A stretch of DNA of 16,994 nucleotides from Campylobacterota bacterium (lineage in GTDB: Bacteria; Campylobacterota; Campylobacteria; Campylobacterales; Sulfurovaceae), in assembly GCA_034722955.1 (NCBI GenBank), contig JAYEOM010000045.1:1-16994 (forward strand), written 5' to 3'. A program made the position numbers and the translations under genes. The notes beneath the pieces were generated by a model that saw only the letters and a list, made by a program, of their open reading frames with translations, searched no databases and had not been told where the DNA came from. Shown here one piece after another: positions 1 to 8,073 of the stretch. Every line of letters starts with the position of its first letter. Position 1 is the stretch's first letter.

Positions 1-237
1 GGGAGTGGGTTGTAGTCTGTGTTATTCACAGGCTGTTGTAGTTGATACATCTGTTGTAGATGTAAAGAATATAAGTAATGCATAGGTATTCCTGTATCTG
101 CCCATAGGTAACGACAAGTGGAAATGTATGGTGTTGTGGTTTTTATGGGCAGAGGGGTGAGATATGAGGGATGCTAAAAGCTCCCTACATTTGTATATAC
201 CCGATATTGATGTGTTTTTACACAAAATGAGAGCTAT

Positions 238-255
238 GGTGGTACAGAGGTGGTA
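238..255. repeat. GGTGGTA direct repeat x2 with 11-bp period; possible integrase arm-type site
   Basis: GGTGGTA at 238-244 and 249-255, about 80 bp beyond the tRNA 3' end. The repeat is seen directly; its function is inferred. Confidence 0.4.
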
Positions 256-333
256 TTTGTAAAAATGATATGGTTATGTAATTGTTGATTTTGTTCGGTA
301 TAGTGGGGGTTTAAAAGGATTGTTGAAAATATA

Positions 334-421
334 TGGCTGAGAGGAAGGGATTCGAACCCTCGGTAGAGTAAACTACACAGACGTTCCAGGTCTGCACCTT
401 CGACCACTCGGACACCTCTCA
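334..421 (-). tRNA. tRNA-Ser (anticodon GGA), class II, CCA encoded
   Basis: Minus strand reads TGAGAGG-TGTCCGAGTGGTCGAAGGTG-CAGAC-CTGGAAC-GTCTG-T-GTAG-TTTACT-CTAC-C-GAGGG-TTCGAAT-CCCTT-CCTCTCA-G-CCA. It has a 7-bp acceptor stem, GGA anticodon, long variable arm, TTCGAAT T-loop and G73 discriminator; 88 nt. Confidence 0.97.
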
Positions 422-466
422 ACATTTTGAAACCCGATTTATTCTTATCTCGGATTGAAGAGTGAC

Positions 467-472
467 ATTATA
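467..472 (-). promoter_or_regulatory. Putative sigma70 -10 box (TATAAT) for tRNA-Ser
   Basis: Perfect TATAAT on the minus strand about 45 nt upstream of the mature tRNA 5' end, in the modC-tRNA gap. Confidence 0.55.
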
Positions 473-510
473 CAAGCAGCATACTAAATGTTGAATGAAA
501 TCTACATAGA

Positions 511-1371
511 TTAGACTACTACTCTACTGACAGAAGGCGCAAAAGCTTTGGTGCTGACTTGCACTCTCTCTCCAGGTCGAAAAAATCGACTCTCCTTCTC
601 ATCTAGTACTACCTCAACGATCTGTTGTCCTATGGCTATGACAGCGACATGTATGATATCTGCTTTTATGATCTCTAGGAGTTCGCCTGTCAAAGTGAAT
701 TTTTGTGAGCCTTGGGCTTGCAGCAGGACCTCTTTTGGGGTGCCCTCTTGTGTGATCTTGCCTTGATCTAGTGTGATCACACGATCTGCCAAACGGTAGA
801 TTTCGCTAGGATCGTGGCTGACCATGATAGTCGTCGTGCCGAACTCTTTGTGAAGCTGCAAGATATCATGCTGGAGTTTTGTACGCATGGCAGGATCTAG
901 TGCAGATAGAGGCTCATCCATCAGTAGCAGTTTGGGTCTATTCATCAGAGCACGACAGAGGGATACCCTCTGCTTTTGGCCGCCACTGAGTCTACTAGGC
1001 AAGCGATCTTTCAACTCTGAGAGATTTGTCATCTCCAGCAGATGTTTGGCAAGTTTTTTATCTCTGCTCACATAGAGTAGGTTTTGCTCCACGCTCATAT
1101 TGGCAAAGAGAGCATAATCTTGAAAAACAAACCCTATACCCCGTTTTTGAGGTGTCAAAACTTTATCTCTATTTTGCCAAAAGATACCATCTACCTCTAT
1201 GGAGCCATCTGCCTTCTCAAAACCTGCCAAAATACGCAGTAGTGTAGTTTTTCCGCTTCCGCTCTCTCCTGTCATTGCGACAAAATCATGAGTCTTGATA
1301 TCGATATCTATATCTAGACTCATCTCCCCTGCACTGCCCTGAAGAGTCTTGTCTATATCTATAGAGACCAC
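511..1371 (-). CDS. modC: Molybdate ABC transporter ATP-binding protein with C-terminal TOBE-like domain
   Basis: Walker A GESGSGKT, Q-loop FVFQDYALF, signature LSGGQKQR, Walker B LLLMDEP, switch VSHD. GTG start overlaps the modB TAG by one base. Confidence 0.92.
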   Translation of the reverse strand: MVSIDIDKTLQGSAGEMSLDIDIDIKTHDFVAMTGESGSGKTTLLRILAGFEKADGSIEVDGIFWQNRDKVLTPQKRGIGFVFQDYALFANMSVEQNLLYVSRDKKLAKHLLEMTNLSELKDRLPSRLSGGQKQRVSLCRALMNRPKLLLMDEPLSALDPAMRTKLQHDILQLHKEFGTTTIMVSHDPSEIYRLADRVITLDQGKITQEGTPKEVLLQAQGSQKFTLTGELLEIIKADIIHVAVIAIGQQIVEVVLDEKESRFFRPGERVQVSTKAFAPSVSRVVV

Positions 1372-2060
1372 TATCGTACTCCGATGCGTTGATTGTGATG
1401 CTGGTTGAAGAGATATACCCCCAGTAGCACAACAAAACTGAGTATCAGCATCATAGCACTATATATATGTGCCATGCCATAATCCATAACTTCTACAAAT
1501 TCATAGATAGCTACAGATGCCACCTTCGTCTCTCCGGGAATAGAGCCACCCACCATCAACACTACACCAAACTCACCAACAGTATGGGCGAAAGTGACGA
1601 TGAGAGCAGTGATCAGTGCAGGTTTTATATTGGGCAGTGCTACACGCCATAGGGTTTGAAACTTGCTCTTTCCTGCCACATAAGAGGCTTCGAGCATATT
1701 TCTATTGAGTGACTCAAAGCCACTCTGTAGCGGCTGTACCATAAATGGAAATGAGTAGAAGCAGCTGGCTATCACAAGTCCTGTAAAGTTAAAAACCAGT
1801 TTGATACCAAATGTCTCTTCAAAAAAAGCACCCATTGGAGAGTTTTGGGATAGACTAAAGAGTATATAGAACCCCAAGACTGACGGAGGCAGTACGATAG
1901 GCAGAGATGTGACCGCTTCGACAAAAGGTTTGCATCGGCACTTTGTCTGACTCAGCCACCAACTCACAGGCATAGCGACAACAAAGAGGATCAGAGTAGT
2001 GACACCTGCTAACTTAAAGGAGAGTATAAACGGAGTAAAATCAAAGGTCTCCCAACTCAT
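1371..2060 (-). CDS. modB: Molybdate ABC transporter permease
   Basis: Hydrophobic 229 aa with [16 protein letters not shown]-loop (LEASYVAG), FAHTVGEFG and GGSIPGET, typical of ModB; flanked by modA and modC. Confidence 0.95.
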   Translation of the reverse strand: MSWETFDFTPFILSFKLAGVTTLILFVVAMPVSWWLSQTKCRCKPFVEAVTSLPIVLPPSVLGFYILFSLSQNSPMGAFFEETFGIKLVFNFTGLVIASCFYSFPFMVQPLQSGFESLNRNMLEASYVAGKSKFQTLWRVALPNIKPALITALIVTFAHTVGEFGVVLMVGGSIPGETKVASVAIYEFVEVMDYGMAHIYSAMMLILSFVVLLGVYLFNQHHNQRIGVR

Positions 2061-2455
2061 AAGTTTATCTCCAAAATAGAGAGTTCACTAGCTTTGATGA
2101 GTGCGATGATCTCTCTATCTGCCCCAAGATCCATCCTATCAGCAGAGCTCCTACTGACTATACTCTCTATGAGACTCCCTGCAAAAGTAAACTTGATACT
2201 GCTGAGCAGCTCTCCACTCTTGATATCATCTATAGTGACATTTAGTTGATTAGAGATACTCAGTAGACCTATAGGCTCTGTCGCTATAGAGATATTGGTA
2301 GCTTTGACTCCTAGCGTCACACTAGAGCCGATAGCCAGTCTCTCATCTAGCTCCAGTGCTACCATAGATAGAGCCTGGTTGGCTGCCTCAAAGCTAACGA
2401 TAGTAATCGCATCGCTATACTCTATGCCTGTGACAACAGCATCTATTTGATTCAT
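2057..2455 (-). CDS. Tandem TOBE/molybdate-binding (Mop-like) domain protein
   Basis: 132 aa with two Mop-like repeats ([26 protein letters not shown]). Same modA-TOBE-modB-modC order as Campylobacter mod loci. ATGA overlaps on both sides. Confidence 0.85.
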   Translation of the reverse strand: MNQIDAVVTGIEYSDAITIVSFEAANQALSMVALELDERLAIGSSVTLGVKATNISIATEPIGLLSISNQLNVTIDDIKSGELLSSIKFTFAGSLIESIVSRSSADRMDLGADREIIALIKASELSILEINL

Positions 2456-3198
2456 TTTACACTATATCCATATTTTTCAAATATAGTTTTGGCTTTGTCA
2501 CTGAGGATAAAGTCATAAAATAGCCTATACCCTCTATCGCCCTTGCTGCCCTTCAACAGTACAAGACCTTGATTGATAGGTGTGTAGAGTTTAGGGTCTA
2601 CTGCTACCCAGTTGATACCCTCTCTATACTGCTTCATCTTTGGACTATAGAGTGAAGATTTGGCAATCAGCCCTATATCGGCTGCCATGACGGCATAGGT
2701 GATAGTTTGGGAGATAGATTCACCATATACAAATTTGGATTTGACACTATCATATATTTTGGCATTTTTCAACGCTTCGACAGCAGCCATACCGTATGGT
2801 GCCGTTTTGGGATTGGCTATAGCGATCTTATCTATTTTGTCACTCAGCAGCAGAGAGATCCCTCTGGTGTAGTCGAGAGCTTTAGTGCTCAGATAAGCTA
2901 GAGAGCCTTGTGTATATACGACTGGTTTTGTGATGGCGATCCTGTCACTGTAGAGTGCATTTGGGTACTTCATATTGGCAGACATAAAGAGTCCATAGGG
3001 TGCACCATTTCTTATCTGTGCAGTTAATTTACCACTACTCCCTATCGTGACTTCTACTTTAGTATCTGGGTTCTCTTTTGCAAATTCTCTCTTGAGCTCA
3101 TCCATCGCGTAGCTGACATTGGATGCTACGGCGATATTGATCTCATCTGCGATCAGAGACGAGAGGGTCAGTATAGTAAAATAGATATACTTTTTCAT
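2452..3198 (-). CDS. modA: Molybdate ABC transporter periplasmic substrate-binding protein
   Basis: Sec-type signal peptide (MKKYIYFTILTLSSLIA), AVASN, GSSGKL, GAPYGLFMSAN, IANPKTAPYG motifs. Confidence 0.95.
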   Translation of the reverse strand: MKKYIYFTILTLSSLIADEINIAVASNVSYAMDELKREFAKENPDTKVEVTIGSSGKLTAQIRNGAPYGLFMSANMKYPNALYSDRIAITKPVVYTQGSLAYLSTKALDYTRGISLLLSDKIDKIAIANPKTAPYGMAAVEALKNAKIYDSVKSKFVYGESISQTITYAVMAADIGLIAKSSLYSPKMKQYREGINWVAVDPKLYTPINQGLVLLKGSKGDRGYRLFYDFILSDKAKTIFEKYGYSVK

Positions 3199-3203
3199 CT
3201 ATA

Positions 3204-3920
3204 TCAAAAACCTGCATTGGGATCAAAGCCAAAATTCATAGATGAAAAGTTGGGATCTGAATATCCGTATTGACTGCTGGTTCCGCGAAGCATCATGATA
3301 TCCATCTTGGGGTCGATACCCTGAGGACAGACAGCTGTACACTCTCCGCAGAGGGTGCAGTCCCAAAGACCATTGGTCTGTATGGCATCTATAGTACTCT
3401 TGATATCACCTTCTCTGAGATCTGCTGTATAGCGATAGGCACGAGTGAGGGCAAATGGCCCTAGAAAATCGGCATTTACAGCAAAAACAGGACATGCAGA
3501 GTAGCAGCTATCACAGAGGATACAGTCACTCTGAAGCTCGGTTCGTTTCTCATCTTTGATGGTGATAGTGGCAGACTGGCTCTTGTGGAGCCATGCAGTT
3601 GCTCTTTTGAGTGTCTTTTTGGCTCTTTTTTTATCTACTATAAGATCACGCAGAGGCTCATGATACTGAAGTGCTTCGACTCTATTGGCATCTTCTGTTT
3701 TATAACTACAAGATAGCTCTTCTCTGCCATTGACACGCACTGCACAACTACCGCAGATACCACTGCGACAACCAGACTTGAAGGAGAGGGTGGGATCTAT
3801 GTTGGCTTTGATATACTGGAGAGAGTGAAGCAGTGTCGTCCCCTCAGGTATCTCATAAGTTATCGTTCTACTCTGCGGATCTTCCAAGGGGTCAAATCGC
3901 TCTATATATATCTTTATCAT
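3204..3920 (-). CDS. Fumarate reductase/succinate dehydrogenase iron-sulfur subunit (FrdB/SdhB family; [2Fe-2S] plus probably two [4Fe-4S])
   Basis: DPTLSFKSGCRSGICGSC...LSC, CILCDSCYSACP, FLGP, CTLCGECTAVCP. ATGA overlap with the flavoprotein gene. Confidence 0.93.
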   Translation of the reverse strand: MIKIYIERFDPLEDPQSRTITYEIPEGTTLLHSLQYIKANIDPTLSFKSGCRSGICGSCAVRVNGREELSCSYKTEDANRVEALQYHEPLRDLIVDKKRAKKTLKRATAWLHKSQSATITIKDEKRTELQSDCILCDSCYSACPVFAVNADFLGPFALTRAYRYTADLREGDIKSTIDAIQTNGLWDCTLCGECTAVCPQGIDPKMDIMMLRGTSSQYGYSDPNFSSMNFGFDPNAGF

Positions 3921-5560
3921 ATCGGCTTCTTATAATATTTCTCAAACTCTACAGACAGGACTCCATCCTCTTTTTTGTATATAGTATGGACTCCATACTC
4001 TGCATCATTCTGTTCTGGAAAATCTTCACGGTAGTGAGCACCACGACTCTCATCTCTGCTGATGGCTCCGACCAAGAGAGCTTCACTCAACTCCAGAGCA
4101 TTGGTAAACTCTATAAACTCCACCAGATTGGTGTTGTGTGCCCTATTTTTGTCACCAACTCCCATAAGAGGCAACTCTTTTTCTATCTTGTGAATGGTTT
4201 TCAAGAGAGAGGATAGAGAGTCCCTGTTGCGGACGATACCTGCATTTTGATAAAAGATATCTCCTATAAGATCTCGCTTTTGATAAAAGTTGATCTCGCT
4301 AGTAGAGTTATAGATAGTATCGATAGAGTGCTGATCCCTATGGAGCTGTCTATCATCAGCAGGTACAGCATGGGCAGCCCGTGCAAAGTCAAGGGCATTC
4401 TCTCCGGCAATCTTGCCAAATACGATGATCTCCAAGAGAGAGTTGCCACCCAATCTATTGGCACCATGTATTTTGGCATTTGAACACTCTCCTACTGCAA
4501 AACAGCCTTGTATATTTCGCACTTCTAGTAGATGATCGACATCGATACCACCCATTGAATAGTGTGCGACTGGCTTGATAGGGATAAGCTGAGTGAGTGG
4601 ATCGATACCCTCATGGAGCTTGCATAGGTGAACCTCCTGAGGCAGAAGCTCCATGAGTTTCTCCTCCCCTAGATGTCTGATATCGAGAAAAACCTCTTCG
4701 CCCTCTGTGATCTGCTCGTAGATCGCACGAGCGACAACATCTCTAGGTAGAAGCTCATCGACAAATCGTTCACCTTTGCCATTGAGTATATATCCCCCCT
4801 CCCCTCTGGCACTCTCTGAGATCAATATAGAGGAGCCTCTGAGTGCGGTAGGGTGAAACTGAACAAATTCTATATCTGAGAGATACCCGCCAGCACGCAT
4901 AACGGCAGAGACTCCATCTCCAGTAGAGCCCAAAGCATTGGTGGTAAAACCATGATAGATAGAGGCATATCCTCCCGTTGCCAAGAGAACAGATTTGGCA
5001 TCGATCTGCTTGACTTCACCTGTAGCGATCTCCAAGATAGTTACCCCCTTAACAATAGACCCTTCTCCACTCTCCTCCTGCTCTTGCGTGATAAGATTGA
5101 GCAGGTAGTGTTCATCAAGAAATTCAATCCCCTCTTTGAGGCAAGTATCATACAGTGTATGGAGGATCTTGAGTCCTGTATAGTCTTGAGAGTAACAGGC
5201 TCGTTTGCTACGGGTACCGCCAAGCTGTCGCTGGGCTATCTGTGACTCCTCTGTTCTGCTAAAGGGGACACCTATAGATTCGAGCCATCTGATAGCTTCC
5301 GGTGCTTTTTCGCACATACTTCGCACCATAACCTCATCACAGAGACCTCTGGATGATTTGAGTGTATCGGTGATGTGGGCTTCGATACTATCCTCTCCGA
5401 CATTTCCAAGAGCGGCATTGATGCCACCTTGAGCCATAGCAGTTTGAGAGTTTGTGGGGTAGTGTTTGCCAATGACGAGAACAGAAGCACCCTCTGCCTT
5501 GGCAGCAAGTGCAGCAGTTAAACCTGCACCGCCTGCACCGACGATAAGAAGATCGATCAT
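3917..5560 (-). CDS. Fumarate reductase/succinate dehydrogenase flavoprotein subunit (FrdA/SdhA family), 547 aa; start re-called at ATG 5560
   Basis: GAGGAG Rossmann motif immediately after Met at 5560, plus AQGGINAA, LATGG, QFHPT, ESARGEGG, PRDVVAR, HYSMGG, HGANRLGGNSL, ESRGAHYR. The track's 49-aa extension to 5707 overlaps the upstream gene. Confidence 0.93.
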   Translation of the reverse strand: MIDLLIVGAGGAGLTAALAAKAEGASVLVIGKHYPTNSQTAMAQGGINAALGNVGEDSIEAHITDTLKSSRGLCDEVMVRSMCEKAPEAIRWLESIGVPFSRTEESQIAQRQLGGTRSKRACYSQDYTGLKILHTLYDTCLKEGIEFLDEHYLLNLITQEQEESGEGSIVKGVTILEIATGEVKQIDAKSVLLATGGYASIYHGFTTNALGSTGDGVSAVMRAGGYLSDIEFVQFHPTALRGSSILISESARGEGGYILNGKGERFVDELLPRDVVARAIYEQITEGEEVFLDIRHLGEEKLMELLPQEVHLCKLHEGIDPLTQLIPIKPVAHYSMGGIDVDHLLEVRNIQGCFAVGECSNAKIHGANRLGGNSLLEIIVFGKIAGENALDFARAAHAVPADDRQLHRDQHSIDTIYNSTSEINFYQKRDLIGDIFYQNAGIVRNRDSLSSLLKTIHKIEKELPLMGVGDKNRAHNTNLVEFIEFTNALELSEALLVGAISRDESRGAHYREDFPEQNDAEYGVHTIYKKEDGVLSVEFEKYYKKPI

Positions 5561-5585
5561 AAAAAAATCTTTTTCATATAAGAGA

Positions 5586-6533
5586 CTACTCCGCTTGAGA
5601 TAAAAATGTTTGAATATTGTGCAAAATACCCTCAAATAGCTTTTGTCTAGCTTCGATGCTGGTCCAAGCGATATGAGGAGTGATGAGAAGTCGCTCTGGA
5701 TGGTCAATATGCATCAGCATATTACTAGGCTCTATCGGCTCTTTGGATAGCACATCCAATCCTGCATAGAAGCGTTTTCGATTGAGTTCAAATGCCAAAT
5801 CTGTCTCATTTATGATATCGCCTCGTCCTAGATTTAGAAGGATAGCATCCTCTTTGACAAGGCTGATATTGTTCTCATTGATCAGATCAAAGGTTTTATC
5901 ATTGAGTGGTGCATGGATGGAGATGATATCACAATCACGCAATAGCGTCTCTAGATGCAGATGCGGATATGCATGATGAGTATTGATACCAGAGGTAGAG
6001 TAGTAGTAGACATCTGCACCAAAAGCAGTAGCGATATGTGCTACCTCCTGACCAATCGTACCAAATCCGATAACTCCCCATCTCTTGCCGGATATCTCAC
6101 CAAATGGATGGGAGACATCAGTAAAGATACCTGAGCGACTCCAATCCCCACTCTTTACACTATGATCATAATATCGTAGTTTTTCCAATAGGTAGAGTGC
6201 CATTGCAAAGGTGTGCTGTACGACACTTTTGGTTGAGTATCCACTCACATTTCTAACAGTTATACCTTTGATAGAGGCATGATCTAGATCAACATTGTTC
6301 ATGCCTGTTGCGGCGATACATATCAGCTTTAGATCCGGAGAGGCGTTCATCATATCTGCATCGATGACAACTTTGTTGGTGATGACGATATCAGCCTCTT
6401 GGATACGCTCTAGTGTCTCACTGCTTTTTGTTGTTTGATGCATGGTGACTGTGCCTAAATCCGCCAAGCTACTCATATCAAGGTCATCTCCTAGTGTCTG
6501 GGCATCCAGTATAGTTATTTTCATATCTTTCAT
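5586..6533 (-). CDS. D-isomer-specific 2-hydroxyacid dehydrogenase (glycerate dehydrogenase/hydroxypyruvate reductase-like); start may be 6536, 6533 or 6524
   Basis: ITNKV, ATGMNNVD, GYST, GFGTIG, SIHAPL, NLGRG, GLDV..EP, TPHIAW (catalytic Arg/Glu/His). An AGGA SD overlapping the purT stop favours 6533 or 6536. Confidence 0.9.
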   Translation of the reverse strand: MKDMKITILDAQTLGDDLDMSSLADLGTVTMHQTTKSSETLERIQEADIVITNKVVIDADMMNASPDLKLICIAATGMNNVDLDHASIKGITVRNVSGYSTKSVVQHTFAMALYLLEKLRYYDHSVKSGDWSRSGIFTDVSHPFGEISGKRWGVIGFGTIGQEVAHIATAFGADVYYYSTSGINTHHAYPHLHLETLLRDCDIISIHAPLNDKTFDLINENNISLVKEDAILLNLGRGDIINETDLAFELNRKRFYAGLDVLSKEPIEPSNMLMHIDHPERLLITPHIAWTSIEARQKLFEGILHNIQTFLSQAE

Positions 6534-6543
6534 CATCTCTTTC

Positions 6544-7710
6544 CTAAAAATCACTCATTTGATTGACTATCTCTAATGCTCTCTTTTTTGCCTCTTCTAT
6601 CCTCTCATCCAGTGCAAACGACACTGCCATGCGTCTTCCTATATGAGACTCTGGTTTACTAAATATACGGACGAAAGAGTTGCTAGAGAAAGCGTTGTTG
6701 GGTACCTCTATCTTGGGTGAATCACTTTTGGATTGGGCTTTGTATGCACCGCTGGCTCCTGCTCCATAGAAGGTAAAGTCGAGAGGCAGTCCGAGAACTG
6801 CCCTGACATGCAAAGCAAACTCACTTTGGCTCTGTGTGATGAGTGTGACCATCCCTGTATCATGAGGTCGCGGACTTAGCTCTGAGAAGTAAACCTCATC
6901 ATCTTTGACAAAAAACTCTACCCCATATACTCCACGACCACCCAATCCATCAGTGACTATTTTGGCGATATTTTGTGCTTTGTCAAGTGCTATCTCAGTC
7001 ATAGGGATAGGTTGCCATGACAGTATATAGTCACCATCTTTTTGGATATGTCCTATAGGTTCGCAAAAGGTAGTTTCATCCTCAGTTCGTACCGTCAAAA
7101 GGGTGATCTCATAATCAAAATGTATAAACTCCTCAACGATCAACTCACTAGCATCCCCTCTTGCCTCCTTGGCTATCTCCCAAGAGCGAGGTATCTCATT
7201 TGAACCTTTGGCAACACTCTGCCCATGTCCGGAGCTGCTCATAACTGGTTTGATAACGCATGGGAAACCTATATCCTCTGCCGCTCTCATCAGCTCCTCC
7301 TCTGTAGTGACAAATGCATATCTGCTTGTCTTGAGACTTAGCTCTTGGGCGGCAAAAAGGCGGATATTTTTTCGGTTCATTGTTTTGTTGACTGCTTCGG
7401 CATTGGGGATGACATGAAAACCTTCTGCCTCAGCATCAAAGAGGGCATCTATACTAAGTGCCTCCACCTCAGGCAGGATAAAAGTAGGCTGCACCTCTCT
7501 GATGAGGTTCATGAGTGCTTCTCTATCTTGCATATCGATGACACAAGCATGGTTTGCGACTAAGTGGGCAGGTGCATTTTCATACTTGTCAACGGCGATG
7601 ACTTCGATCCCTAGCCTCTGTGCTTCTATAGCTACCTCTTTACCCAATTCACCAGAGCCAAGCAACATTATTTTGAGAGAGTCGCTTTTTAGAGGTGTTG
7701 TGAAAATCAT
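6544..7710 (-). CDS. purT: Formate-dependent phosphoribosylglycinamide formyltransferase (ATP-grasp)
   Basis: [58 protein letters not shown] at 7717-7721. Confidence 0.97.
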   Translation of the reverse strand: MIFTTPLKSDSLKIMLLGSGELGKEVAIEAQRLGIEVIAVDKYENAPAHLVANHACVIDMQDREALMNLIREVQPTFILPEVEALSIDALFDAEAEGFHVIPNAEAVNKTMNRKNIRLFAAQELSLKTSRYAFVTTEEELMRAAEDIGFPCVIKPVMSSSGHGQSVAKGSNEIPRSWEIAKEARGDASELIVEEFIHFDYEITLLTVRTEDETTFCEPIGHIQKDGDYILSWQPIPMTEIALDKAQNIAKIVTDGLGGRGVYGVEFFVKDDEVYFSELSPRPHDTGMVTLITQSQSEFALHVRAVLGLPLDFTFYGAGASGAYKAQSKSDSPKIEVPNNAFSSNSFVRIFSKPESHIGRRMAVSFALDERIEEAKKRALEIVNQMSDF

Positions 7711-7739
7711 AAAATATCCTTTACTGTAGATAATAGATG

Positions 7740-7745
7740 ATTTTA
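7740..7745 (-). promoter_or_regulatory. Putative -10 box (TAAAAT) for the purT operon
   Basis: TAAAAT about 30 nt upstream of the purT ATG in an AT-rich gap. Confidence 0.4.
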
Positions 7746-7820
7746 ACTAAAATATGATTAGATTATTGTAAAAGATCTGCTTGGGGAGATAAAATATAGC
7801 CAAATTATCGATGATTGATC

Positions 7821-7843
7821 ACTGCAAGAGTAGCTCTTGCAGT
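7821..7843 (-). terminator. Hairpin downstream of rpsU (possible terminator or 3' stabiliser)
   Basis: ACTGCAAGAG-TAG-CTCTTGCAGT, a perfect 10-bp stem 17 nt after the rpsU stop. There is no U-tract on either strand. Confidence 0.55.
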
Positions 7844-7860
7844 TGAGGGGAGGTCAGATA

Positions 7861-8073
7861 TTAGAGTCTTGACTCATATCTGCGGATCATAAAGAGTTTT
7901 TTAAGGATCTTCTTACGAGTAGCGATCTTCTCTTTCTTTCTCTTCTCAGTAGCAGTTTCGTAGTATTGTCTAGCTCTTGCTTCTGTGACGATCAGGTTTC
8001 TGTCGCACTGTCTTTTGAATTTTCTATACGCATCATCAAAAGAGTCTCTTGGCGTTATAACGATTCCTGGCAC
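7861..8073 (-). CDS. rpsU: 30S ribosomal protein S21
   Basis: 70-aa basic protein [22 protein letters not shown]...[16 protein letters not shown] start with a strong SD. Confidence 0.95.
   Translation of the reverse strand: MPGIVITPRDSFDDAYRKFKRQCDRNLIVTEARARQYYETATEKRKKEKIATRKKILKKLFMIRRYESRL

Noticed and set aside
22..30. Chromosomal origin (oriC) from the DnaA-box-like TTATTCACA
   Set aside because: Single box, with no dnaA/dnaN context or box cluster visible.
22..225. 67-aa ORF on the minus strand
   Set aside because: No recognisable motif or clear SD; cannot be supported as a gene, though a small island gene is not excluded.
234..425. 63-aa ORF on the minus strand
   Set aside because: It runs through the tRNA-Ser gene; a shadow ORF.
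1296..1318. GATATC/TATATC short repeats near the modC start
   Set aside because: Explained by the Asp-Ile-Asp-Ile coding sequence.
3917..5560. L-aspartate oxidase (NadB) as the identity of the His-less flavoprotein
   Set aside because: It is translationally coupled to a full FrdB/SdhB-type Fe-S gene, which NadB lacks, and no nadA or nadC is nearby.
5561..5707. 49-aa N-terminal extension of the flavoprotein as a possible signal peptide
   Set aside because: It overlaps the upstream dehydrogenase by 122 bp and has no twin-arginine motif; family homology starts at Met 5560.
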